This document shows positions 41,097 through 50,706 of a DNA stretch of 64,000 nt, in pieces. The notes below the pieces were generated by a model. The model was not told where the DNA came from. It saw only the letters and a list, made by a program, of their open reading frames with translations, and searched no databases. Origin of the DNA: Candidatus Poseidoniaceae archaeon (GTDB lineage: Archaea > Thermoplasmatota > Poseidoniia > Poseidoniales > Poseidoniaceae); assembly GCA_949372875.1 (NCBI GenBank), contig CASIAW010000007.1, positions 24,736 through 88,735 of the forward strand, given 5' to 3'. Both the position numbers and the translations under genes were made by a program. The number at the start of each line of letters is the position of its first letter. Position 1 is the stretch's first letter.

Positions 41097-43313
41097 TCAC
41101 AAGAAAGAATGCAGTCGTGCTTCCAGTATGTTCGCTGCTCGCGGACAACCTGCTGCTCTGTGTTTAGAAATGGCTTCTTTCAATGCAATTTGTCGCATCG
41201 ATGGCTCAAGTTGAGAGGAGCATGTCCACCAACGAGCGTGAAGTCGTTGGTGAGAGATATGAATCGCAGATTCATCTGGTTGAGATACGAAGAGAAATTC
41301 TGCTCTAGCTAGCTCAATGTCATGCTCCAACAGTGCTTCCACGAGCGTTAACCGCAGTGACTCACGATGGATAGGGCTGATCTGCTGTTCAATGGCTTTA
41401 CGAGTGATACCCACTGCGGAGGAAAACTCTTTGTTGCTTTTCTTAGCCTTGGCCAAAGATGCCTTGGCTTCAAGACCCAATACCAATGCATGATCGATAC
41501 CTCCGATGGATACGAGAGTTGCGCGAAGTGTTTCTGCTTTCACATAGTTTTCTTCATGTAAGGCAAGTGCATGTTGGACCATGGTCAGTGCAACCAATGT
41601 TACAGCACGGAGTGAGGGTTCATTCGGCAGAACAATCTGACTGAGGTAGTGTTTGATTTCCCCAATAGTTTGCTTGGAGAGTGTTGTTTCGACTCGGTCA
41701 TCTAATCGTCGGGAAGATGCCGATAAAGCCAACTGGTTTTTCTGTTGCTGTGAACCGATTTCCAACCCCTTTGTAATGGCGATTTCAGCATCCTCTATAC
41801 GCCCTTCGAGATAGGCTAAATTCATTTCAATTTCGTTGAAAGAGCCTTCTTCATGAATCGACTCCAGATGGTGACGAGCATGACTCGATTCACATCGGTC
41901 AAGTGCTACTTTTGCAGCGAGATAATGGAGATGAGAAGGCTCGTGAGAACGCTCAATGGCTTGCTCAAGAAGAACTGAAAGAGCATTGCTATGTTCCGAA
42001 GGAAGAGAGCCATAAGCGGTAGTACAATGAGCCTCTAAATCCTGAGTATCTGAACAAATGCGATGATAGAGTAAGATAATTTGGTCTTCCGGAGTTTGAG
42101 CACAGGACTCCCAATGCGTAACTGCCTCACGATGGAGTTTTAATTTCTCTTGTTCGGTCATTGTTGAGCGGCGCACGTTCCGTATCAAGTGATGCAATTC
42201 CATTTTCTCCGTACCTGAAGTCCAACGTAAAAATGCTGATTCATCAAGAATGCCAACGATTTCATTGTCCTGTGCCTTACTGGCTTCAATAGGCATTGGA
42301 AGTATGACCAGGTGGTCCAATTCAGACCGAGTCGTTTCATCAAGTGTCGACAAAACAACCTCTTCGACATACGACTGAACCTCCGAGTTTGTTTCAGGTA
42401 AAGCCGTTTCATGCTGATAGAGAAGGAGAGCTAATGGATGGCCCCCGAGTCGCTCAGCAATGTGTTCTCGCTCTTCTTTAGATTGGGAGGTTCCTAGTAA
42501 TTTAATCGCATCAGGGGTATCAAGTGGAGGAATCGAAATTCGTTCAACTTGTTCAAAGGAAACAAGTGGTTCTCTTCCAATAAAAATCATCTTTGGGCCA
42601 TTGAGGCGTTCTATCTGATGACAGAGGGCATGGAATTGAGGTAAGTGGCGCTGAGAGATGAGATGAACATCATCGAAGATGAAAATTTCGTCTCTGCATT
42701 GCATTACGATATACTCGGCGAGTGCATCGATATCGGAGGGCAGGGGAGATGCGAAAGCCATTGATGAGCACAATGCTTCAAAGTCCGAAAACGCATCGGC
42801 TGTAGCCCAGCGAAGATCTAAACCCATTGAGAGAAGTTCATGTCCGACTGCAATTCCGACGGTTGTTTTTCCAATGCCGGGTAAACCACTGAGAAGAATA
42901 GTGTGCCGTTCTTGGACCATGGCAAGGGCGTTTTGTATGACATCTGAACGTCCATGGATTTCACCACTTTGAGGATAATCTCCGTAAGACATCCCAACAG
43001 AACTGCTCTTTCGTGGTTTGGAATTGTCCTCGCCGAATGAATCGAAAAGAAGACGACCTTCATCTGTGAGATGGTAGACATTTCTTCTACGAGAGCCACC
43101 TCCAATCACATGAGCCATTCGCTTGAAAATTAGGCCTTGATCTTCAAGGATTGTCAAAGGTCCATTCAATGCTGAGCGGACCACGCTAAGTGACTCACTT
43201 AATCCAGGGAGTGAAATTTCACGCGTCACATCCCATGCTTTTTCTAAATTTTTAGAATATTGCCCTAGACAGCGCAGGAGGCGTTCCTGCGGCAAAGACA
43301 GTCGAGGTGACAT
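41097..43313 (-). CDS. wHTH + STAND (NB-ARC-like) ATPase + helical-repeat protein
   Basis: N-terminal winged HTH (RRRNVYHLTDEG), GR motif, Walker A GLPGIGKT, Walker B IFIFDDVH, GGHPLAL. Confidence 0.8.
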   Translation of the reverse strand: MSPRLSLPQERLLRCLGQYSKNLEKAWDVTREISLPGLSESLSVVRSALNGPLTILEDQGLIFKRMAHVIGGGSRRRNVYHLTDEGRLLFDSFGEDNSKPRKSSSVGMSYGDYPQSGEIHGRSDVIQNALAMVQERHTILLSGLPGIGKTTVGIAVGHELLSMGLDLRWATADAFSDFEALCSSMAFASPLPSDIDALAEYIVMQCRDEIFIFDDVHLISQRHLPQFHALCHQIERLNGPKMIFIGREPLVSFEQVERISIPPLDTPDAIKLLGTSQSKEEREHIAERLGGHPLALLLYQHETALPETNSEVQSYVEEVVLSTLDETTRSELDHLVILPMPIEASKAQDNEIVGILDESAFLRWTSGTEKMELHHLIRNVRRSTMTEQEKLKLHREAVTHWESCAQTPEDQIILLYHRICSDTQDLEAHCTTAYGSLPSEHSNALSVLLEQAIERSHEPSHLHYLAAKVALDRCESSHARHHLESIHEEGSFNEIEMNLAYLEGRIEDAEIAITKGLEIGSQQQKNQLALSASSRRLDDRVETTLSKQTIGEIKHYLSQIVLPNEPSLRAVTLVALTMVQHALALHEENYVKAETLRATLVSIGGIDHALVLGLEAKASLAKAKKSNKEFSSAVGITRKAIEQQISPIHRESLRLTLVEALLEHDIELARAEFLFVSQPDESAIHISHQRLHARWWTCSSQLEPSMRQIALKEAISKHRAAGCPRAANILEARLHSFL

Positions 43314-43361
43314 GTGTTAAGCCACTGCCCCGTTTCTTTCTAAGGGAATCCCCTTCATGCA

Positions 43362-43400
43362 TACAGTAATTTGAAAATTTAAATTGTTCAAGTCACTGTA
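43362..43400. promoter_or_regulatory. Imperfect 39-bp palindrome in AT-rich divergent intergenic region
   Basis: TACAGTAATTTGAA-AATTTAAATT-G-TTCAAGTCACTGTA. Confidence 0.5.
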
Positions 43401-43479
43401 AAATTAAAAAAAAAGTAAATTGATTTTTTTAAAAATATAATTCCTTGTTAGGTATTTAAGAACAATCCAAGTTACTTAA

Positions 43480-45261
43480 ATGCGAAAGCCTCTAGATTCA
43501 ATCATGAACCTTGCACCAACTGATTATGACTACGGCGTCCCGGCGAACTATTTCTTTGCTTCAAATATTACATGTGCGAACGACGATGCTCGTAAGATGT
43601 ATGTCCAAGCCTTTGGTCACATGCTCAACTATAACCACGAAGAAGCAATTGCCTGTTTCAGTAAATGTACTGAACTCGACCCAACCTGCGCTATGGCTTA
43701 CTGGGGAATCGCATACTGCGTCTCTTCAAACTACAATTGGAGCCCAGGACTTGGCTCTGGACACGATTCGATTCAACAAGCTGTTTCTCTCAAAGCAGGC
43801 TGCACCGAACTTGAGCAAGACCTCATCGATGCATTGGCACAACGCCATTCTGCAGAAGCACGTGATGCAGCAGATCCGTCGGTCCTCAACATGGGCAACG
43901 ATCCTGAACTCAACGTTGCATTCGCAAAAGCAATGGAGCCTCTTTATCGAAAGTACAGTGGAAACTTGGATGTTGCCGCCATTTATGTCGAGGCTCTCAT
44001 GAATTTGAAAGCATGGCAACTTTGGGATAAGAATGTCAGTACCGGAGAAATTACTCCCGCTGACGACAACACATTGCTGTTGGTCAAAGTAATGGAAGAT
44101 GCATTTGCAAACATCGAAGGTGCAAAGGAACACGTTGCAATGTGCCACCTATACTGCCACGCTCTTGAATTATCTCCGTTCCCAGAACGCGCTCTACCAG
44201 CAGCAGACGTGCTTCGCACCGTCATGCCTGGCATGGGTCACCTCGTGCACATGCCCTCTCACATCGATGCATGGGTTGGACAATGGAAAGAAGCAATTGA
44301 ATGTAACATTGCTGCGGTTGAAGCCGATGACAAATACGTCGAACTCACAGGCAATGAATCCCAGTTTTACAAGTTCTATCGAATGCACAACCACCATTTC
44401 GTGGTTTGGTGTGCTATGTTTGAAGGACAATACGAAACTGCTCTCAAGTATGCTCGAAAGGCAGTCGATACACTTCCTGCTGGAGACGAAAACTCAGGCG
44501 TTCAGTTCATGCTTGCTGGTATCATCCCTATGGGTGCAATCTTCCTTGAATCCTATGTTACCATGCCATGGCACGTCATGATTCGTTTCGGAAAGTGGGA
44601 CGAAATCATTGCTGAACCAATGTATTCTGACAAGGATGTATTCCCTGCAACCATCGCAACACAACACTACGCTCGTGGTGTGGCTTATGCATCCAAGGGA
44701 ATGGTTGCTGAGGCTGAAGCAGAACAAGTTCTGTTCAATGAAGCGATTCAAAACCCTGCACTTGCTGGCCGTGTATTACACAACAATTTGATGTATCAAG
44801 ACCCAAGTGATGGGCCATGTATTCTTTTGGTCAACGCTGCTGTTCTTGCTGGTGAAATTGAATACCGAAAGCAATTCCAAGCAAAGGCTCGTGGTGAAGC
44901 ATCTGACTTCACTGCTGCTTTTGATCACCTACGCCGTGGTGTCGATCTTTCACTCAACCTTGCTTACAACGAACCTTGGGGTCAAATGCAACCTGTGCGC
45001 CACATTCTCGGTGCTCTTCTCCACGAACAAGGTGAAATCGAAGAAGCAGAAGCGGTCTACCGTGCTGACATCAAACTTTGGAAAGACAACATGTGGGGTC
45101 TCCTCGGTCTCAAACTTTGTCTCGAAGCTCGTGGCGATGCTCCAGAGGAACTCGCTGCAGTCACTGCATTGTTCAACGAACGTAGTTCTCGTGCTGACAT
45201 CGTTCCAGCCAAGACCTGCTTCTGTGCCCAAGACAGTCTCGAAAAGAGTTGCTGCGATTAA
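43480..45261 (+). CDS. TPR-like alpha-helical protein with clustered His motifs
   Basis: YNHEEAIACF..CTELDP.CAMAYWG, HLYCHALELSP, GHLVHMPSHI, HNHHF, YNEPWG..QPVRH. Start may be 43504. Confidence 0.8.
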   Translation: MRKPLDSIMNLAPTDYDYGVPANYFFASNITCANDDARKMYVQAFGHMLNYNHEEAIACFSKCTELDPTCAMAYWGIAYCVSSNYNWSPGLGSGHDSIQQAVSLKAGCTELEQDLIDALAQRHSAEARDAADPSVLNMGNDPELNVAFAKAMEPLYRKYSGNLDVAAIYVEALMNLKAWQLWDKNVSTGEITPADDNTLLLVKVMEDAFANIEGAKEHVAMCHLYCHALELSPFPERALPAADVLRTVMPGMGHLVHMPSHIDAWVGQWKEAIECNIAAVEADDKYVELTGNESQFYKFYRMHNHHFVVWCAMFEGQYETALKYARKAVDTLPAGDENSGVQFMLAGIIPMGAIFLESYVTMPWHVMIRFGKWDEIIAEPMYSDKDVFPATIATQHYARGVAYASKGMVAEAEAEQVLFNEAIQNPALAGRVLHNNLMYQDPSDGPCILLVNAAVLAGEIEYRKQFQAKARGEASDFTAAFDHLRRGVDLSLNLAYNEPWGQMQPVRHILGALLHEQGEIEEAEAVYRADIKLWKDNMWGLLGLKLCLEARGDAPEELAAVTALFNERSSRADIVPAKTCFCAQDSLEKSCCD

Positions 45262-45337
45262 GCAGAATCCAACATCCAATCGGGACCCTTTTGTTCATAA
45301 AGTGCCGATTCAACCGACCTCATAAGATGGTGTCGCA

Positions 45338-45802
45338 ATGTTGACAGTCGCAGATGTAGAGGAAGCCCAGCAAGCATGGGGAGAAGGGATTGTAGAGATT
45401 GCTGCAGCGCATAATGCTGGAGCGGACTATGTCCAAAGGGCACGTACTCATGTAGAATCGTTGTATAGTTACGACATTGGACCCGTATTGTTCAAACCAA
45501 CCTTGGCTGTAAAAAATCAGTTTCGCCCGACCTTTGAAGGAGCATTATCCTACTTTGTTGGGGGAAACAGCGCATTTTCAGAAGACAAGGGATTCGCAAT
45601 CAAGAGTTGGACAAAGGTGCGGTTTGAGAATGAGGATGTCATCATCAGCGGAACAACTGCAATAACCATGGGAAATTATTTTTTCACACCACCAAGCGGT
45701 GAAGAGGTTAAGGTTGAATTTACCTTTGGATACATCGTTGATTCAAACAGAAAGTTGCGAATTAACCTGCATCATTCTTCAATGCCGGCAGACATTGACT
45801 GA
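45338..45802 (+). CDS. Iota-class (COG4337-type) carbonic anhydrase-like protein
   Basis: AQQAWGEG, GPVLFKPTLA, GALSYFVG, EDKGFA, MGNY, C-terminal LRINLHHSS; matches my recollection of the COG4337 family. Confidence 0.8.
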   Translation: MLTVADVEEAQQAWGEGIVEIAAAHNAGADYVQRARTHVESLYSYDIGPVLFKPTLAVKNQFRPTFEGALSYFVGGNSAFSEDKGFAIKSWTKVRFENEDVIISGTTAITMGNYFFTPPSGEEVKVEFTFGYIVDSNRKLRINLHHSSMPADID

Positions 45803-45849
45803 ACTTTTTCAGTTTGTTCGATAAAAATACTTAACGTATAATTTCGACA

Positions 45850-46275
45850 TCAATTATCGGTGTTTTCAATCGTTTTCGGTTGTTCAGGGAAAATTGAATA
45901 CATCAATAAAACCAAAGTCGCAGAGACAGGAATCAAAGTAGCGAATAAGAACTTTAACTCAAACTCTATCAACCCAGATGTCCATCCATATACCTCCAAG
46001 AATACGGTCGAACAGAGGCCCAGTGAGAACAAACGTCCGAAGATATGCAGGTTTTCCTTAACATAAATCGCTACGAACCATTGTGTCAATCCAATAAAAA
46101 TGGCAAAGACTCCCACATACATACTCACAAAGATACCATGCTCAGTAAGGTAGGGGCCAACAGCAATAGAGGTTCTTGGCGAAAAGAGAAATGTCGCACC
46201 AATCATTATTGGTAAAAAGCCAGTTAACTTCATTATTCCAGATAAGCCAATATTGAGTTCATCCTTTTCTTCCAT
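45850..46275 (-). CDS. Small four-TM membrane protein, AT-rich
   Basis: Four hydrophobic segments; ATG 46275 preferred. Confidence 0.6.
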   Translation of the reverse strand: MEEKDELNIGLSGIMKLTGFLPIMIGATFLFSPRTSIAVGPYLTEHGIFVSMYVGVFAIFIGLTQWFVAIYVKENLHIFGRLFSLGLCSTVFLEVYGWTSGLIEFELKFLFATLIPVSATLVLLMYSIFPEQPKTIENTDN

Positions 46276-46379
46276 ACTTTGATTAGGATACACAGTCCAT
46301 ATCAAACTACTCCCGGAGAGGAAAGGAGTGAAGGCATTTTACAAAGGAAACAGGAAAGCGAATATTGCGCTAAGTAGAA

Positions 46380-46988
46380 TCAAACCTGTGGAAAGAGAAG
46401 AACTTCATCGCCTTCTGTCCATTGTTTGTATTTCTTCATACAGATTTTGAACGGCTCACTTTCAAGATTCTCATGAAGCCAAGTCAACACGTTGCCCCAC
46501 TCTTGTGCATCGAACCATTCACGGTTATGATTTGCAAATTGCCGGACAAATGGAAACAATGCATCGCTCAATGCCTCACTGATCGGAGGTTGAGAAGCAA
46601 GACGGGTATCCAAATCCATGAGATAGGATGATGCAGCAGAGCGTTGTTCAAGTTCGTCAACTCCTTCGTATCGATTGGGATACTTGTAGCGGTCAAGATG
46701 ATACTTGAACTCATCATCATTTCTTGTAATCCAATGGCTCTCTTCTTGTGAAAGTGTCCAGTCCAAGACGTGTTGCATAATCTCAAGACTTTCCTCAATC
46801 AGCGTTCCATCTTTGAGGAGTAAAACTGGAACTGTTCCCTTCGGTGAGATTTCCATCATGTGAGCCGGTCGGTGTCGTAAAACGACCTCTCTCAATTCAA
46901 CTTGAAAATTTTCACGAACAATCGACATTCTGGCTCGCATCGCATATGGACATCGCCGAAACGAGTAAAGAAGGGGAGTTTCAGCCAT
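46380..46988 (-). CDS. Glutathione S-transferase family protein
   Basis: LYSFRRCPYAMRAR, SPKGTVPVL, ESLEIM, FKYHLDRYKY, PFVRQFA. Confidence 0.9.
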   Translation of the reverse strand: MAETPLLYSFRRCPYAMRARMSIVRENFQVELREVVLRHRPAHMMEISPKGTVPVLLLKDGTLIEESLEIMQHVLDWTLSQEESHWITRNDDEFKYHLDRYKYPNRYEGVDELEQRSAASSYLMDLDTRLASQPPISEALSDALFPFVRQFANHNREWFDAQEWGNVLTWLHENLESEPFKICMKKYKQWTEGDEVLLFPQV

Positions 46989-47002
46989 GTTCTGGCTTCA
47001 CC

Positions 47003-48067
47003 TCACTCTGGTGGAATTGGAGGCGCATAGCCGCCATTGACTGCTTCTTGGACAAGTGCCATATCAGAGTCAACCATCATTTGAACCAGTTCTTCAAACG
47101 AAGTTCCTGGGACCCATCCAAGTTCTTTCTCTGCAAGAGCAGGATCGCCGATTAGCAAATCAACTTCAGCTGGTCGGAAGAATTTCGGATTTGTACGCAC
47201 ACGGATGTTTCCATTTTGGTCTGTAGCAATGGTGTCTACACCCTCCCCTGACCAAGTAAGATTCATTCCAACATGTGAAAAACCGAGCGTAATCATGTCC
47301 CGAACACTGTGTGTTCGACCGGTAGCAACAACGTAGTCACCAGGTTCATCTTGCTGAAGCATTCTCCATTGCATCTCGACATAATCGCCGGCAAATCCCC
47401 AATCTCGCTTTGCATCGACGTTGCCAATCCAAAGGCATTCATCAAATCCATGGGCGATACGTGCTGCAGTCATCGTAACCTTACGAGTGACGAATTCCAG
47501 TCCACGGCGTGGGCTTTCGTGATTGAAGAGAATACCTGTGCAAGCAAACATATCGTAAGACTCTCGGTAATTACGGGTGATTTCGAATGCGAACACTTTG
47601 GCACATCCATATGGGGAGCGCGGGTGGAACGGAGTCAGTTCTGTTTGAGGAACGTCTCTCACTTTTCCGTATTGCTCAGAAGAACCTGCTTGATAGAAAC
47701 GGCACGTTGGTGCGTGCTTTCGAATTGCTTCAAGGCAACGAAGCGCCCCTAAACCAGTGATGTCTGCAGTCATCATTGGCGAGCGCCATGATTCTGGAAC
47801 AAATGACATTGCACCGAGGTTGTAAAATTCATCTGGTTGGGCGAGAGTCACTGCATTATCAATTGAGTTCTGGTCAGCAAGGTCACCGTTAACCAGTCTA
47901 AAATTATCATTGGTCATCAAGTGATTAATGAGGCTTCGACCAGAGGTTGGTTGAGACACGCGGCGAACCAAGCCATAGACGATGTAGCCCTTTTCCAACA
48001 ACAGTTCTGCAAGGTATGAACCGTCTTGGCCAGTGATTCCGGTTACCATTGCTGTCTTTCCGCTCAT
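47003..48067 (-). CDS. gmd: GDP-mannose 4,6-dehydratase
   Basis: TGITGQDGSYL, PRSPYG.AK, LFNHESPRRG..FVTRK, RDWG, RPAEV. Confidence 0.96.
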   Translation of the reverse strand: MSGKTAMVTGITGQDGSYLAELLLEKGYIVYGLVRRVSQPTSGRSLINHLMTNDNFRLVNGDLADQNSIDNAVTLAQPDEFYNLGAMSFVPESWRSPMMTADITGLGALRCLEAIRKHAPTCRFYQAGSSEQYGKVRDVPQTELTPFHPRSPYGCAKVFAFEITRNYRESYDMFACTGILFNHESPRRGLEFVTRKVTMTAARIAHGFDECLWIGNVDAKRDWGFAGDYVEMQWRMLQQDEPGDYVVATGRTHSVRDMITLGFSHVGMNLTWSGEGVDTIATDQNGNIRVRTNPKFFRPAEVDLLIGDPALAEKELGWVPGTSFEELVQMMVDSDMALVQEAVNGGYAPPIPPE

Positions 48068-48183
48068 GGCTTACCGTAGACTCCTCCCTTTTTCAATCGG
48101 TCGCGTGTTCGTATGCGTAAATGGCAACTGGAATCCACCTGCTGAGGGAGGATTTGAAGGGGAGTCGCCGGCTGTACGGTCCA

Positions 48184-49470
48184 ATGGCTGAATTGAAAGA
48201 CGGAGTTGGGAGCGGTCTACGCGTTCTCATTGTTCGTGGTTCATTCGCTTCACTGGGAGGTGCTGAACGTGAACTACTGCAGCTCATTCGGGCAACTTCT
48301 CAACGTTGGGATGTGAGTTTAGCGAGTCTTGATTTGACCAAAGATGCTCAAGATTTGCTCAATGATGCAAATGTGCGGCTCCTTTTACCTACAACAGCAA
48401 TGAAGTGGCCAGCAGGCGCTGTTGCTGAAATCATGGCAAAGGCAAGCACATCTGCACAAAAAATGTGGCGGAGCATCGACATTCCTTGGGATGAGTTTGA
48501 TGCAGTTCACATGTCGGTTTGCCGTGGCACCCTCGAACTGCTACCGCTCATCCCTGCTCATCTTCCAGTTCATTACCACTGCCTCGAACCGCCAAGGTGG
48601 TTGTATGAAGATGTGCTTCACCGTCATATTGATGGTACTCCAAAACGCCCACTATGGTTCACAAAAGCACTTTTCACTCGTCAAAGAATTCGAGACCAAA
48701 CTTTTGTTAAAAAACTCCTCAAACGCCCGAAGTCTTCGATTTCAGGAAATTCAATGTGGATACAAAAGCGACTGAATCAAGTCTACGGCATAGCGTGCGA
48801 TAGTGAAAAAGAAAACGGCAAACCACCAAAGCGAGATGCTGGGGGGCGACCTGTTGAAGCAAGCCATGTCATGCATGTTATCGACTGGAAGTTATGGCCT
48901 GAGAAAGCAACCGCAAAGGAATTGAAATCACTCAAAGAAATGGGGACCATACCCGAAGAATACGTAGTAACTGTTGGACGAGTATCTCATGTGAAAGGAA
49001 CCTGGGACACATTACAATCTCTGAAGGATACCGGACTGGCTTTGGTTCAAGTTGGTGGTGGAGATGACGCAGACAAGAGTAAGCTCATCGAAGAGGGAAA
49101 GAGAATTGGAGTTGAAGTAAACTGTATGCCTCGACTTTCGCAGACGCAACTTTGTGCTTTGATCAGAGGTTCTCTGGCGATGGTAAGTCACGCCCATGAT
49201 GAGCCATTTGGACTCACGCCCATTGAAGCGATGGCAATCGGCATTCCTGCGCTCATGGTCGATGAAGGAGGATTTACCTGCACCATGTCACCTGTTGACT
49301 CTGGACGCCTCTTACCTCGAAACGACTTAGGGGCTTGGAAAGCCTCGTATCTTGATTCAAAAGACCCCGTCTTACGCAAGGCTTGGGCCGATGTCGGACG
49401 GCCTTATGTGGAAACGCATTTCACTCTTGAAGTTCAAATCGCTGCCCTTGAACGGATGATGTCTATTTGA
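48184..49470 (+). CDS. Glycosyltransferase family 4
   Basis: GGAERE, VGRV...KG, EPFGLTPIEAMA.G.P. Confidence 0.88.
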   Translation: MAELKDGVGSGLRVLIVRGSFASLGGAERELLQLIRATSQRWDVSLASLDLTKDAQDLLNDANVRLLLPTTAMKWPAGAVAEIMAKASTSAQKMWRSIDIPWDEFDAVHMSVCRGTLELLPLIPAHLPVHYHCLEPPRWLYEDVLHRHIDGTPKRPLWFTKALFTRQRIRDQTFVKKLLKRPKSSISGNSMWIQKRLNQVYGIACDSEKENGKPPKRDAGGRPVEASHVMHVIDWKLWPEKATAKELKSLKEMGTIPEEYVVTVGRVSHVKGTWDTLQSLKDTGLALVQVGGGDDADKSKLIEEGKRIGVEVNCMPRLSQTQLCALIRGSLAMVSHAHDEPFGLTPIEAMAIGIPALMVDEGGFTCTMSPVDSGRLLPRNDLGAWKASYLDSKDPVLRKAWADVGRPYVETHFTLEVQIAALERMMSI

Positions 49471-49501
49471 GATTTATTAAGTGTTGAATACTTCCTTTCA
49501 C

Positions 49502-50158
49502 ATGGAAGAAGAATCTATGCCAAAAAATGTACTTATCGTCGGCACCGGCGGTATTGGAACAACCCTCGTTGAGTTACTTGTACCTGCCTTGGAACGCGTT
49601 CAATTAAAGGCCAAAATCTCGCTTATGGATGGAGATGTTGTGGAAACCTCAAACCTCGGACATCAGCGCTTCTCTCAAGCGAATGTCGGCATGGAGAAAG
49701 TCTCTGCTCTTTCGAGTAAATATGCTGGTGAAACAGAATATGTGGAACTGGTCCCACTGACTGAAAACTTGAGAAGTGCTGAACAACTTGAAGGCTATGA
49801 TTTGGTCGTTGTCTGCGTCGATAGGCCGGAGCCTCGCCGATTGGTTCACGCTCTTGAGATTCCTTGGGTCGACCTGAGGTGTTCTGGAGATGGATGGATG
49901 GTCTTTTCATCTCAGTCAGATTCTGTTCTGGTCGAGCAAATGACTCCCGACCATGAACCGATGAGTTGTCAAGTCCAAGGTGCATTGGATGCAGGGAATC
50001 TCGAATTTGGATTTTCGATTGCAGGAACTTTTGGAGCCCAGTGGCTTCTTCAACACCTTCGTGAAAGAAAATCACCCATGCAATCTATGGGAAGTCTCAC
50101 GTATGGTCAATTCGAGTTTCCGCGCTTGAAGAGCAATACAGTGGAGGTGAAGGCATGA
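49502..50158 (+). CDS. ThiF/E1-family adenylyltransferase
   Basis: VGTGGIG, DGDVVETSNLGHQ, G.EK, VVCVD...RR, candidate catalytic Cys in PMSCQ; no CxxC zinc sites. Confidence 0.88.
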   Translation: MEEESMPKNVLIVGTGGIGTTLVELLVPALERVQLKAKISLMDGDVVETSNLGHQRFSQANVGMEKVSALSSKYAGETEYVELVPLTENLRSAEQLEGYDLVVVCVDRPEPRRLVHALEIPWVDLRCSGDGWMVFSSQSDSVLVEQMTPDHEPMSCQVQGALDAGNLEFGFSIAGTFGAQWLLQHLRERKSPMQSMGSLTYGQFEFPRLKSNTVEVKA

Positions 50159-50706
50159 TATTCATCCCTGCTCTCGAACAGTTAGATGTGACCCAAGAGG
50201 TTTGGGACCACGTCACAGAGATGGCAAAACAAAGAAACATCGAGGATGAAGTGTTACTTGACATCCAACATCGTGCATCGAAACAAGGTCGTTGGGATGT
50301 TGTCTATGCAATTTCTTATCTTGCTGGACTTGAAACATCCGTGCTCATTGATGCGGAAAATGTCATTTCAATAGATTGGGGGACTTCTGGACAAGTCCAA
50401 CTCTCACCTCCTGTTGGATGTATTGCCCCATTCAAACTCTGGGTTCATACCCATCCCGGATTTTCTGCATACTGGTCAGGAACGGATACTCGCAGCCTGT
50501 CAATCGGGCTTGGAATTGTTGAGAAGGCAATGGTTCTTGGATCACCTGGAATAAAGTGCACGCATAATGCGACCATGTTGCCCCTCTCCTCAAGCTCGCT
50601 ACGTATTTCGGAAACAGGGCCGTTGAGCGAATGGTCTGATGAAGAAGTGATTCAATGGGAAGACTGGTATGCTCAACATTTCAATAGCGATGAGGTGACA
50701 CAATGA
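50155..50706 (+). CDS. JAB/MPN+ (JAMM) metallopeptidase domain protein
   Basis: Upstream Glu (GLET) and WVHTHP-x5-WSGTD; ATGA overlap with the E1 gene; GGAGGTGA RBS. Confidence 0.78.
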   Translation: MIFIPALEQLDVTQEVWDHVTEMAKQRNIEDEVLLDIQHRASKQGRWDVVYAISYLAGLETSVLIDAENVISIDWGTSGQVQLSPPVGCIAPFKLWVHTHPGFSAYWSGTDTRSLSIGLGIVEKAMVLGSPGIKCTHNATMLPLSSSSLRISETGPLSEWSDEEVIQWEDWYAQHFNSDEVTQ

